Part shown: piece after piece, positions 47,711 through 59,493 of the stretch
How positions within the stretch are numbered: position 1 is the stretch's first letter
How the letters are laid out: each line of letters starts with the position of its first letter
NCBI GenBank assembly: GCA_907165135.1
Contig: OU015568.1
Span: 11,470,001 to 11,534,000, forward strand
Reading direction: 5' to 3'
Origin: Oikopleura dioica
Taxonomy: Eukaryota; Animalia; Chordata
Length of the DNA: 64,000 nucleotides
Program-made: the position numbers and the translations under genes
Notes under the pieces: model-generated
What the model was told of the DNA's origin: nothing
Databases searched by the model: none
The model's input: the letters and a program-made list of their open reading frames with translations, nothing else

Positions 47711-49981
47711 TTATCTTCTTTTAAAATGCAACTTGATCTCCTTCGAAAAATCCATGAAGAAGCTTGGGAGTCGGATGAGTTTGATATCAGGCACGAAACC
47801 TTCTGGAAGGCTGACTTCATAGTTTGAAACAAGTCGTTGAATTGCTAGTCGTGCTGTAAAAGTTGCATAAAAATAACACTTTTCTGATCATACATACCCT
47901 CAATATTAGCAAATCTCAAGCCGATACAATTTCTCGGGCCAGCTCCGAACGGCAGAAAGAATGGCGCTTTTTCTAACTCAGGGTCTTCAATAAATCGGTA
48001 TGGATTGAATTCGTGTGCGTCTTCGCCCCAATATTCTTCCATTGTATGCAACAGATCGACTGGTACTTCGATACTCGCACCTTGAATTATAAACTTTAGG
48101 ATATTGGTGAAATTTTTGTTCACCTCGAGTCATGGGAATACCGTTGACCATCGTATCAGCCTCGCACCAGCGTAAATGAATACCAACTGGTGGAAAGAGT
48201 CTCAAACATTCGTGCAATACAGCGCAGGTTAGAGGCATTTTCTTTGGATTCAAGTTGTCATAGTGCTCATCAAGGCCTCGAACTTCTTTGAGAACTTCTT
48301 GCTGTAGTTTCTGGTCTTTTGCAAGATGATAGAAGGCCGTTTGGAGCAATGTTTTCGTTGTCTCGTAGCCAGCAACAAATATAACAAAGATTTGACTGAT
48401 AATTTCTGTCTCTGTCAGTCCTCTTTGGGCGTTTTTAGCAGATTTCTTATCAATCAGAAGCTGCTGAAAGACCTTTAAAAATGTGCGGTTCTTCTGGTCA
48501 GTTCAGGGTTCGGTAATTTGAGCTCATGCTAAAACTCAAGGAAACAAAGCTTGAGACTCACGATTTTTAATTTGAGTTTTGAGAACTCAGAGATGAGAAA
48601 TCAATTCTGGCGATCCATGAGCCTATCAAGGAAGAGCTCGCTCAATTTGAGTTTTGAAAACTCAAAACACTCAAATCTCCCAAAAACTCAAAACTCTCAA
48701 AACTCTCAAATCTTCTCAAAATGATTTCTCAAGTCATTTTGAGTTCTCAATTTGAGGAAATTTGAGCGTCTAGCCAAAATGAGTTTTAGCTTGAGCTCAA
48801 ATTACCGAACCCTGGGTCAGTTGCTGATGCGTTGAGAATCCCTCGGCAATACCTTGCGAACCAACTTACAGATTCGTAGCTAGAGCGGGTGGAAAAATAA
48901 CATTTTCAATCGAAAAAGAATAAGAATTTTTACACCCTTTACTAAAGGGACTAATGCCGACCTCGTCAGCAAGCAAGCCTAATCCAGGAATCATGACGTA
49001 AAAGAACATAGACGGACCAGGATTCATTAAATTGTAGAAATGTCTTTACCTAGGGTTTTCATCAATCGTGATTCTTATTAGTGAATAACTATGTGTTTTT
49101 GCGAACTTCGGAAGATAGAGAAAATATGAAAACCGTCCTAACGGCTGGGTGGTTTTCAAAGTCTTTGAGATCTTTTAAATCTTCATTCATGTCAATCCCC
49201 ATTGCTGCTGATAGAGTACCATCCATCGTAAATTTGCCTGCAATTGTACCCACATCAGTTGCTTCGCCTTCAAGACCATCTATTTGTTCTTCGAGAATAT
49301 CCAGTCTATCTTTTATAATTTCCAGCATTTCCGTAAGTTGTCGATTTGAAAAGCTTGGGCTGATTGTCTGTCGGACTCTTCGCCATTGGTGTGGGTCCGT
49401 GATAACGTTCAGGGCTTCGCGAATGTCCTTTTCATGATATCAACAAGGACAAAAATTTCATATATTTAGGTCTTGTTCGAACCATTTCCTTTCCTTGGCC
49501 CATCGAGCCAGTAGGCTTCAATCTTGAGGTGAATGATGAAAAGTGTTTCACGAATACGTCATTGATGATTTCAGTATCGACAGTCCAAATAACGGGGTCA
49601 ACTCCTCTATAAAATGCGACAGTTTTTCGGTTCTTCTCGCGCAATTCTCTTTCGGCAAACTCAATGTACCCATCATTTTTGATGTAGTGACCCATTGTTC
49701 CGAAGGTTTTGTACTTTCATGAAGATTAAATATTGTCGGTGTATTTTCTCAAAATTTCTTAGATATTTGTCTCAATCATTTAACCTTCCCTTTGGTTTTA
49801 TAATTGGAATGCCCCAAGAATCAAGTTGAGTCCATTTGTAGTCAACATATAACTTCAAAATCGCAACAGTTGATGCTGAAATTTTCAACCAAAGAGGAGC
49901 ATCGTCGATCATCTTTAGCAATTTTCTTGCATTTTTCTCTGCTACCTGCATTGTGAGCTTATCCGGGTCGAACAGAAACAT
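47711..49981 (-). CDS. Cytochrome P450, CYP3-clan-like; one exon interrupted by a hAT MITE
   Basis: I-helix FVAGYETT, K-helix ECLR, FNPYRF, heme motif PFGAGPRNCIG; ends IEARLAIQRL...HFKRR-stop. Confidence 0.9.
48504..48814. mobile_element. hAT-type MITE (311 bp) in a P450 coding exon
   Basis: TIR CAGGGTTCGGTAATTTGAGCTCA at both ends. Perfect 8-bp TSD GGTCAGTT at 48496-48503 and 48815-48822. Internal TGAG/CTCA repeats. Confidence 0.92.
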
Positions 49982-50275
49982 CTCTAAAATGAATCTGAGC
50001 AGTCAGGGTCGAACAGTTTTCCACGAACTTTCGTTTTTTTATCTTTTATCTCTAATGTTTGTGTTGATCTGACTCATTAGTTTACACAGTATCGACGGCT
50101 CTATAATTTAGAGCCTTCTAGAAGAGTTCACGAATGCATCAATGTCTGGTTTTATTATGTACTCTTGAAGAAAATTTACAGGGTTTTAAAATAAGCTGCC
50201 GAAAAAAAAGGTTGACAGAAGTATTTTTGAACTGAATGGATGTTGAAAAAGGTTGCTGTTAGTCTGCGTCAGAAA

Positions 50276-51836
50276 TCAGTGATTTTGTTGTTGATTAGCA
50301 ATAGGCACGTGGTAAGGATATTTCGGATTTGCAATCAAATTTCCAGAGCCTTCTAGAGCTGGTGGTGGTGGGGGAGGAGGGAAATCTGGCGGTGCGTTGA
50401 GCAATGCTGAGGGATCGGGTACTGGAGGCGCTGGCGGCTTCACGCTGGGACGGTTAGACGATATGCTGTGCAGCGAGGTCGAAATAGGCCGAGATCCGCC
50501 GTTTTGGGATGGCACAGAAGAGGGTTTTGCCGGATCCGGTGCGTATTTGCAGAGTTTTATTGCTTCGGTAGGCGTTGCAGGATCGTCCTGACCCCATTCG
50601 TCGTCGGTGTTGTCGAAAGAATCTTGAGAATTTCTCCAGTGATCATCATTTCGACTGTCCTCTGGAATGATTTCTTCGTCGATATCGGGAAGAAGGGCAT
50701 TTCGTTGTGTGTCGTTTCTAAAGTATGTTGATAGTAAGGCTTGCCAAAAATAAGAAAATATCTGAAGGACAAGGGGCAATAAATGTCATTTATAGCTTTG
50801 TTCATGATGTTTTAGCGAGTAGCGATAGTTCCGAAAGGTCAGAAGTATGTTTAACAATACAAAATTATGCTTTGTTTAATGACTTTTGAGTACAATTAAT
50901 AATCGGGGATTTTTAATACAATATCATCTGTGCTGAGACAACTGAATGTCTCATAAATTATGAGACTCAATCATCATCAGGAAGAATTTTACTTTATGAA
51001 TAGTACTGACTTGTAAAGCTCACTCAGAGCGAAAGCTATTCGATTTTCAACAATCAGACACTTTACTATGCCAAAGATCATCATAAAATAACTAACCTTG
51101 CTGGAGTTTCTTTTTTCTTCGACGGGCAACGGCAATAAATTATGCTCACCACAATAATAATTATTAGGAAGAGTGCACAGCCGCCGATGAAGATAAAAAA
51201 GATCATTGCTTCCATTCCCAAAATCCTCAGCGTTTTCTCCTCCTCTGTTGTGGTTTCTTTTGTGGTGACCACAGGCATTGTAAGAGCGTCCGTGATTGAT
51301 GGACTTGTTAGGGATTATTTATTTTAGAGTTATTGGTATAGGAAAAACTTGAAATTAAGAACAAGAGGAGATCTAAGTGCTCTAAATCGTAAATCCTTCC
51401 TGTCGGTAGATGTCACATCGTCTGTGATTTCTTCTGGGGGCTGTAAACTTGGGGCGACTGTAGTCGATAAATATTCAGTGGTTTCTATCCTTCCAATTGT
51501 TGTTCTTGTCGTCACTGTCGTTGTTCGAGGCTCTGGCTTTGGCTCTGGCGTATCCAATATTCTCCCATTTGTATTCAAAGCGTAACAATATATGTCTTGG
51601 GTAAGAAGAAAAGTTGGATCAATTTCTTCGCATTTACATCTGTATCCTAATCTAAAATCATTAAGTTATGTAATTGCCTACTATTTATAAATTTTAACTT
51701 ACGCTTTTGAAGAATCTTCGATACATTCTCCTGGCTCTTCGACATGTCCATCATCAATATAAACCATAGTGCATTTATGATCATTACAAGCAGATTGAGC
51801 CAAAATTCCATTTAGCAATAAAATATCACTTCGCAT
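50276..51836 (-). CDS. Type I membrane protein: Cys-rich N-terminus, Thr-rich mucin-like stalk, TM helix, Pro-rich tail
   Basis: MRSDILLLNGILAQSAC signal; RTTTVTTRTT and VVTTKETTT; TM MIFFIFIGGCALFLIIIIVVSIIY; tail contains DFPPPPPPP and NPKY. Confidence 0.7.
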
Positions 51837-54005
51837 GATTTAAATTTTTTAGATTTGTTTTCTTCTCGTCTTCTGAAGCGGAGCTCTCTCACAATTGAAT
51901 AGTACCCTCTCTCTTCGGAATTTAAACGTTTTTTATTGTTTTCAGCGCCACCCGGGGCCTACTTTTATGTGAGACGTAGCCTACGAGGTCTTCAAAATAG
52001 CTGGCTCTGAGTTCTGGCTAAGAGCTTCGCTGACTCATTTGACGCTTTTATTTTGTGGTCCAGGGTCAGAGCGACATTCACTCTGAGGGAGAAAACTATT
52101 CTAGTGACAACGGGTCACGTATCTACTGCTATCAATCATGTATAAACTTGCGTTGGGTGATTCTGACTGCGGGGCGAGTCAGTAGGAATAATTAAAGCAA
52201 CAGTTAATCCAACGAAAATTTGTAATATATAGATAAAATCTATAACAAATGACCAAACTTATGAATACTGATGAAATGCAAGTCAAATGATTCATTTGTA
52301 TCCAATAATTTTTCTGTTGTGAGGAGAAATAATGTGCTGAATACTAAATTTCATTCATGTGAAATAATCCGTGAAAGCCGACAATAAGAAGAGCTTGGTT
52401 GTCTGAGCTAAATAAGACTCCTAAAAGTCTACCTAAAGCTTCATTACCATGCAATTTTTAAATATGCAGTTTGATTTTGACGATCACTCTTCCTTGATTT
52501 CAATGAATAGAATTTCAGTTTTAGTTTAATAAAATTTATCAAGAGAACACTTCGTTCTGCAATTTCTCGATAAAACTGAATCTTAACCTTTTAATAACAA
52601 GATAAATTATTGCTTGCGTGTCAGAATTCAAGTTGCACCAGCAAAAATCACCGCAAAATCTCAAAGCGCTCTGAGAAAATCCAAGGACCTTCAATTAGCG
52701 ATTATTCAGAATTAAAACGGGGCGCAAATGTGATTGCCAGCAAACTAATGACACAATCTGATTTCCGCGTTGCAAGGCTTGATAAGGGAATTTCCCTTGT
52801 TGGGACGGTGCGTCTCCATTAGCGGAATTTCTTTGTCTTCGATCGGCTGATAAGGAAAAATTCTTGCTGATATTCTAAAACGTGACATTTTGCCGCACTA
52901 GAAACTTACTATACTTTCCTTACCAGTTATCTTTTTAAGCTTCTTTAAAAAACGTGCATGATAGGATCTGGTAGGCTTTTTTTTACCCTCATACAACCTT
53001 GCGGGTTCAACCGGGATCTTTGTCTTTTAGCTGTATGGGAAAGCTGCTGATAACGCAGAGATACCCTTAGATTGACGCTAATGAAAGACGATTTTTATGC
53101 ATTCATTCAAGCTGTATTTATTCTCAAATTCATATATTACAGTATTACTCAGTATCAATATTGGACTTTTAATCAATCTTCAAAGTATCTACCAATTTAC
53201 AATAGTCGACTTGGTTCAACCAATAAAAGGCTCTAGCAAAAGGGCACTCTAAAGGAATGTTCTGAATTAGACGCAAAAGTGCAAGAATCATATAATTTCT
53301 AAGTTCAATTATTCGTTCGTCAATTTCTCAGCTGTTTAGATCTACCGCTGGCTGATTCGATTATTCGTAACGCTTTAGCTTCGGTTAGAATCGCTAAAAT
53401 AACTGTCCAATTTAGCAACTGCAAATTCAACGAGTAATTAGTATACTTAGCTTTCGAAGAACTCAGCTGAAGAAGCCCTTGGCCGCCTGTCTGCCAGCGT
53501 ATGGCACTATGTAGTATTAGGAGCTCTTTTATAACGTTTGTTTGGTTGATAAATTGCGTCGATTAGGCACTTTTGCGATGCGCGATCACGGTAATTACGA
53601 AAGCTAATAAACTCGTGAATATCCACTCGATCTGAACGTGACTTGCAAATGCTGCTTTTTTGAGCTTTGATTTTGCTGCTTTTTTCGCCAAAAAGCTGCT
53701 TTCATACCAAATTGGATCGGAATTTAATTTTTTTGTCGGTCTAAGCGAAAAAACAATAACGAAAAAAAGTTCGTTCGCGTAATTTTAAATTTAAAATCTT
53801 GTCAAACGAAAAGTGGGGGACTTTGTTCTTTAATTTTGTCTCGAAGTAAGTTTTATATTTGAGCCGTCTCACGCTTCCAAGAAGCAGGTGGTGCTCGAAC
53901 GGAAAAAGGCTGAGTGAGCTTAATCGATTTATTGCATTCTGGGGGTTTTGGCTGCGTTCTGGAGTTTGGAAAGAAAAAAAATGACGAAAGAGGGGAATGT
54001 CGAAG

Positions 54006-57000
54006 ATGAATAAAATTCCGGAGGAAGAAAATGAAGAGTCCTTGGAGAGCGAGGCTTTTGTCAGTTGTGATGAAGAGCACCTTTTTCACCAGCCAAAAGG
54101 TATTGTTCGCCTAAAATAGCAAAGTCAAGATTTTTCGCCAATTTTTTTTATAAATTTTCTATTTGAGAGAAAATTGGTTTATCAGAAAATTTTCACTGGA
54201 TCTGGAAATGTTAACAAGGCCAATGAGTTCTGTGAGCATTCCAATATCTCCGGCGAATTCCGACGCATTGTATTTCACTCCAAATTCTTAATCACGTGGC
54301 AGTCACATGCATATCTACCGTCTTACCGTATTTAGTTCTCGCTTATCGTCTTTTCTAGCTCCCAGCTGGAATGCTGATGATTTCCTTATTTATGCCCACT
54401 CCGTTTTCGAGTTCGTTGAACTTGAATATTTAACTACGGTGGTTACTTAGTCCGGAAATGAATGCATTTCCGTCGTTTGTCTCATTACCTAATGAACTTA
54501 CTCGGGTGGGTGCTTTTCCTCGTAAACGACCATTTTGCTCTGTAATTGAAGCCTGGGAATGTCCAGGAGAAAGGCGAACTAGAAATTCTTCCCGACAATT
54601 TTGACTCCAAACGTTCCATTTAGACAAGCGAAAGAAAATTCTTACAAGCTTTGAACGAGAAAATCAACAGCTCAAGCGGAGACTCAATCAGTTTGCCAAG
54701 GCGTCGAAGGAAATCGAGAGCATCTTATCAAACAGGTTCGTAAAATAAAAAAGAATATTGCTACCGTGAGGTCTGATATCGTGATTTTTCAAATGCCAGC
54801 GGGAGAAAAATTCATTTTGTAAATGAAAAATTGTAGAAAGAAGATCGAAATAATGCCGATTGATTTTGTAAAAGAGAAGATTCAAGGAACAGTTCAGAAC
54901 GAATTTAGCGCTTGAGATAAAATTAAAACTCACCCCCGTCAACTCGTATCCTCTTGACAGTTGTCCGGTTCATTTGTCCCTGCCCTTGTCCGCAGTACTT
55001 AGACTAGGTGCTTAACCCGTTCACTGAACTTGCTCAAGCAACGAGCGCCGGAGCCGGAGCCGGAGATGACCGTACCGGACATTCTGACGCCGTCGTGGCA
55101 GAGCTTCAGACGAAGTTATCTAAAGCAGCGCGGAAAGAGAAACGATACAGGAATGGGATCGCAATTTTAAATGCTCAGTTCTCTACGTTTGTGGCAAATT
55201 CTTCCGTCTAACGACTAGGTGGAAAGGAGAAGAGGGAGCTTTCTATCAAAGCCACTATTGGCGAAAAATGTTCATACTTTCGTAATTATAGCTTTTTTCA
55301 TGGAAACTATGAAAGGCCTTTTTAGAAAGCTTCATCTTTCATAACCTAACATACCCCCCCCCCTAAATTTCCGCGCAATTCGTGGTATTTCGCCCAAGTT
55401 TACGTTTCCTAACTTTTCCGAAACCCCCGAAATTTACGCTTCCTCGCGCTTCCCCGCGTTTCCAAATTTCTTCTCCTAACTTTTCCGCGTGCGCCCAAAT
55501 TTACTCGCGACCCGCTGAAATGCGCGTCAACGCTAATGATTAAGGGTACCTGGGTCGAGATGGCCGACTTTTAGGGTATATTCTTGGGAACCTGGAAGGG
55601 TTGACAATGCGTACAATAGCTTTTTGGAAAGATCTTAGCTAGATCTCACTTTTGTCAGTAGCTTTTAATGATTTGTCAATATTTTTTTGGAAATCTAACC
55701 CGTCAAAGTTGGCAACTTGCCGAAAATGGACCAACTAAATGGCGAAATTCCGAGAAATCTGCCTAAGCAACCCCCCTTTTTTAAGCCTGAAATATAAATT
55801 TCAGACCCTCATCTAAATTTTGTCAGTAGCTTTTGATGAAATTCAAAAATTTTCTTAATTAAATTTTCAAAAGTTTGGACTAGTCTTCGCGAATTCTGCA
55901 TTTTTGCTTGGTAAGCTTTCATTTTCCCCCATTTTGAGATGAATTTAATTTTCTGGGGCAATTTTAAGCTTCATTACGATGTTAATCAGGCCATAAGCTT
56001 TCATTTAAGCCCCTAATCATCAACATCGGAGATGAAAATTTTTTCGTCCAAATTCGAGGCGCTAGCATTTCCTTTGGATTTTTAACTTTGAAGTGGTTTT
56101 TGACGGTGAAAACGTTAAGATATCTATAGGGTCATAATAGAGTTTTTTGTTCCTCAGAACCTGAAGAATCCGATTTTACGGTCAGAAAATAATTTAAGGG
56201 GGTGTCCAAACTCGACCTAGGTACCCTTAATTAAAGGGCGCGTTATGCAATCATAGCGCCAAATTAAACCAAGGGATTTTAGTCTTTTTCAGGTACTTGA
56301 GGCGCTAGAATTGGAAATTTTTCGTGGCTTGGACACATAAAAATCGTACCATTCGAGGAACTTAAAATATTGAGGTCAGGATTTTGATCCGCAGAAGTCG
56401 TTTTCATCTATCGCACTAGTATAATGTTCTATCAAATATTTATAAACTTCACTGTAACAATAAACAATCATTTTATCAAAGATAATATAAGATAGGGCTG
56501 CCCTATAACTTATAGGCTATAAGGGAATCTGGGAAAGGGGAATCTTTTTTATAAAAGATCATCCTTTCTTTGCCCGGAGCGAGTAAAACAAGACTTTTGC
56601 GCACTCAGAAAGTTAACCGACGAAGCCAATCAGCGCCGCGAGCGAAAATTAGGGCGCACGCGGAAAAGTTAAGCGGCGTAAATTTGGGGGGTTTTGAACA
56701 AATCAGGAAGAGTAAATTACGGAAAATGTACCGAGGAATGCGCGAAAATTTGGGGGTGGGGTATGTTATGAAAAGTTCAAATTAAACATGTTCTTTTTGA
56801 AGATAATTTATTTTCATTATGCGATCCCGAACGATTGAGGCCACATAGTTGGGGTCAGAATAATCGATGAGGCTAGAGCTACTTTACCAGAATTTCGGTA
56901 GTGATAGGACTTTAATTATCTTGGCGAAAAAATAGATTAGAAGTCGCTCATTTAATCGGGATAGAGGTGGCTTTGCCTTCCTAAATTGCCGTTATAGAGA

Positions 57001-58647
57001 CTCTAGTTACGCTGCTAGTCCCTTATCTTTCATAGATCATGCTCTGCTACGTGTAACTGGCGGGCTTAATTGGGCGGTCTACCAGGCGCAGGAAGTGGGC
57101 TTTCTGCGGCCTGGCAAATTAGCTGATAAGAAATTAGCCAGTACCTTCGCCCTTCGAAAGGGATGAAAAGGCGGCGCGTCAGACGTGACCCCTGGAAGCT
57201 ATTTTGCGCTTTAGAAAAATAACCCTAACGAGTAAGAGTGAAAGATAAGGAAGCTAGATAATCGGTAATGCAGTTTTGAACTTTTGCATTTCATTTAGAA
57301 ATTTTATCGAAACTATCAAGTCGGATTTCGGCTGAGTTTTGGAATGTAAAATTATGGAAAGAGAATTAGTACTCAACGGTTGGTGCGTTTCGCCGCGGAA
57401 GCTGCTTGTAATGAGATTCTTGAGCGGTGACCCGACGCCAGCCTTGACCTCCTATCGCTCGTACTGACCCACGGATTAGAATCGCTCATTCATAAAATTC
57501 TTCTGATTCAACTCTCTCAGGACCCGGGTTGCTAGAATGATGTCATCCCAAATTTGACTATAGATTCAAAGAATTTTTTTTGAGACAATGTTGATAATTA
57601 TTGTTTGCATACTAATTATTTAACTTATTATCTTATTTCATAGGATTCATTGCTTCAAAATTATACTTATTTTCAAAATTTAATCTACCAAAAAGCTCAT
57701 TACGCAGTTTGAAGAGCCCTTGAAATCTCCACCGCAAAATCTCTTTCTTATCATAAGAGTGAACCTTTGTGCGTAAAAATTTGGATGGGTTCCTCTCGTG
57801 GCCAATTCGAGAAATGTTCCTCTCGTGGCCATGCACCTCTCGTAGCCATGTTCCCCGAGTGGCCGTCAATTGACGCCAGATATGATTCAGAGGAATTCTG
57901 ATATCAAGAAGGGTCTGCCAATCTACCCTCGACTTTTTTTTCTAACTCCATTTGAAATATAAAATGGCAAGTATCTCTGTATTTTTCCACTCTGTATAAA
58001 TTATACAGAAAAATATAATCAATGTATTTTTATCTATTATAATATTCTCTAAAAAATCAGGCATGATTGATGGTAAAATTTTGAGTGGAGTAAAATTTTT
58101 AATTTTTGAAAAGATGCTTCGTAATTTAATTTTATTATTATAATAACTGTCCACATTGAACCGTTTATAGCTTAAAATATAAATTTATCATTATTCTGAA
58201 TTTCGAAGAGAAATAAAGACCCTATTGATACCAGAATTCCCCTGATTTTACATTGTAAAGTTTACAAGTGGAGTTCTTCAAATGGAGTAAGAAGAAATAG
58301 TAGAGGGTAGATTGGCAGACCCTACTTGATATCAGAATTCCTCTGAATCATATCTTGCGTCAATTGATGGCCACTCGGGGAACATGGCTACGAGAGGTGC
58401 ATGGCCACGAGAGGAACATTTCTCGAATTGGCCACGAGAGGAACCCATCCTAAAAATTTGCTAGAAAATCAACCTAGCTCAGGAAGAAGCAAAAGAACGC
58501 GTGGCCACGCTGACGAAGGAGAAAGCTGATTTGAAAAAAAAGTTCGAAAATGAACAGGCGGCCAGAATAAGGGCGGAAAAGGCTAATTGGGTTTTAGAAG
58601 ATAAGCTAGGGACAAGTCACCAAAATATTGATGCTGACAATATTTGA
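54006..58647 (+). CDS. Putative coiled-coil protein gene with TE-expanded introns (possibly a pseudogene)
   Basis: Exon-like stretches MNKIPEEENEESLESEAF, FERENQQLKRRLNQFAKASKEIE, AVVAELQTKLSKAARKEKRY, KINLAQEEAKERVATLTKEKADLKKKFENEQ; the exon chain is not resolved. Confidence 0.3.
55337..56774. mobile_element. Old element with degenerate inverted arms of about 180 bp, hosting a nested MITE
   Basis: TTTCATAAC..ATACCCC..AAATTT.CGCGC...AACTTTTCCGCGTGCGCCC at 55337-55520 mirrored at 56620-56774; ends and TSD unclear. Confidence 0.55.
55544..56226. mobile_element. MITE with TTAA TSD and GG termini (Kolobok-like), 683 bp
   Basis: TTAA-GGGTACCTGGGTCGAG...CTCGACCTAGGTACCC-TTAA (16-bp TIR, one mismatch). 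Confidence 0.85.
57783..58450. mobile_element. Mutator-like (MULE) MITE, 668 bp
   Basis: TIR of about 180 bp starting GGATGGGTTCCTCTCGTGGCC, with internal CCTCTCGTGGCCA repeats; 9-bp TSD TAAAAATTT at 57774-57782 and 58451-58459. Confidence 0.9.
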
Positions 58648-58811
58648 TTTAAATATTTCCGGCAAAATACGAAGCTGAATTAATTTTGATGGCTTAGATC
58701 TTCTAATGTTTAACTCGTTGCTTTAGAGAGAAAGCTATCAATTTCATCTACATCAGCTGTCTCGAATTCCGACTCAGCGTTTTTTTATGCTGGAATATTT
58801 ATTAATTTTAA

Positions 58812-59493
58812 GGGGGTAGTCCTCGCTTTTGAAAAAATCGGAATTTTCAAATTTTCTTAGCAGATTCTGAAAGCTCGTTAGAAGAGCTAAAAACTTTGTG
58901 TTGACCATTTTTTCCGAATGTAAGAGGAAAAACCCCAAAATCGCACTTGAAAAGTGAGATTTTGATGAAAAATTTCAAAAACTCGAAATTTTTTGTCAAT
59001 TTTATCCATAGATTTAGCTTTATTTCGATTTTAAATGACATCTAGATAATAAAAATAATAAATTTAATGTCTATTATTATGATAATTTGGTATAAATCTT
59101 CCTTAAAAAACTTATTTTTTCAAAATTTTGAGACCCAACCTTTGATTGATGGCATTACATTATGACTTTTTGGAATTTTTTTAAATTTCCCTTAATTCAA
59201 ACCTAGACGAAGGTATAAACTTTCAAAAAATTGAATTAGTTTAAAATTTTGGAGCATCCTCTTGATTTTAGGCGCGTTTGAAAATAGGCCAAAATGGCGA
59301 TTTCGCCCGGGCTAGGTTCGATTATCGCCCTCTAACTCCTTAAGCGGGCGAATAAAATTTTTTTCCGTGAATTCAAACTTTCATCAGGGTTTGACCTTTC
59401 TATTCATATAGTTTTTATCCCTGAACCCCAGCGCAAATTTGTGGGAGCGCTGTTCAAAAAGTACCGAGATCGCAAATAGCAGGGACTACCTCC
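58812..59493. mobile_element. MITE with TTAA TSD and GG termini (Kolobok-like), 682 bp
   Basis: TTAA-GGGGGTAGTCCT...GGGACTACCTCC-TTAA; AT-rich non-coding interior. Confidence 0.75.

Noticed and set aside
48476-48830. Reading the P450 MITE as lying in a native 39-nt GC-AG intron (gcatcagc...tttttaaag)
   Set aside because: It would delete about 13 residues from the G-helix/loop, while the exonic reading matches CYP3A spacing. It is not fully excluded and cDNA from an empty allele would decide.
535-51585. Many antisense or alternate-frame ORFs overlapping real genes (e.g. 535-738, 9569-9844, 19147-19608, 26394-26699, 50397-50731)
   Set aside because: These are shadow frames of coding exons with no independent motifs.
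56640-56660. GCGAAAATTAGGGCG motif similar to the PIM promoter start (GCGCAAAATTAGGGC at 6912)
   Set aside because: The match is too short to establish that the kinase promoter is transposon-derived.
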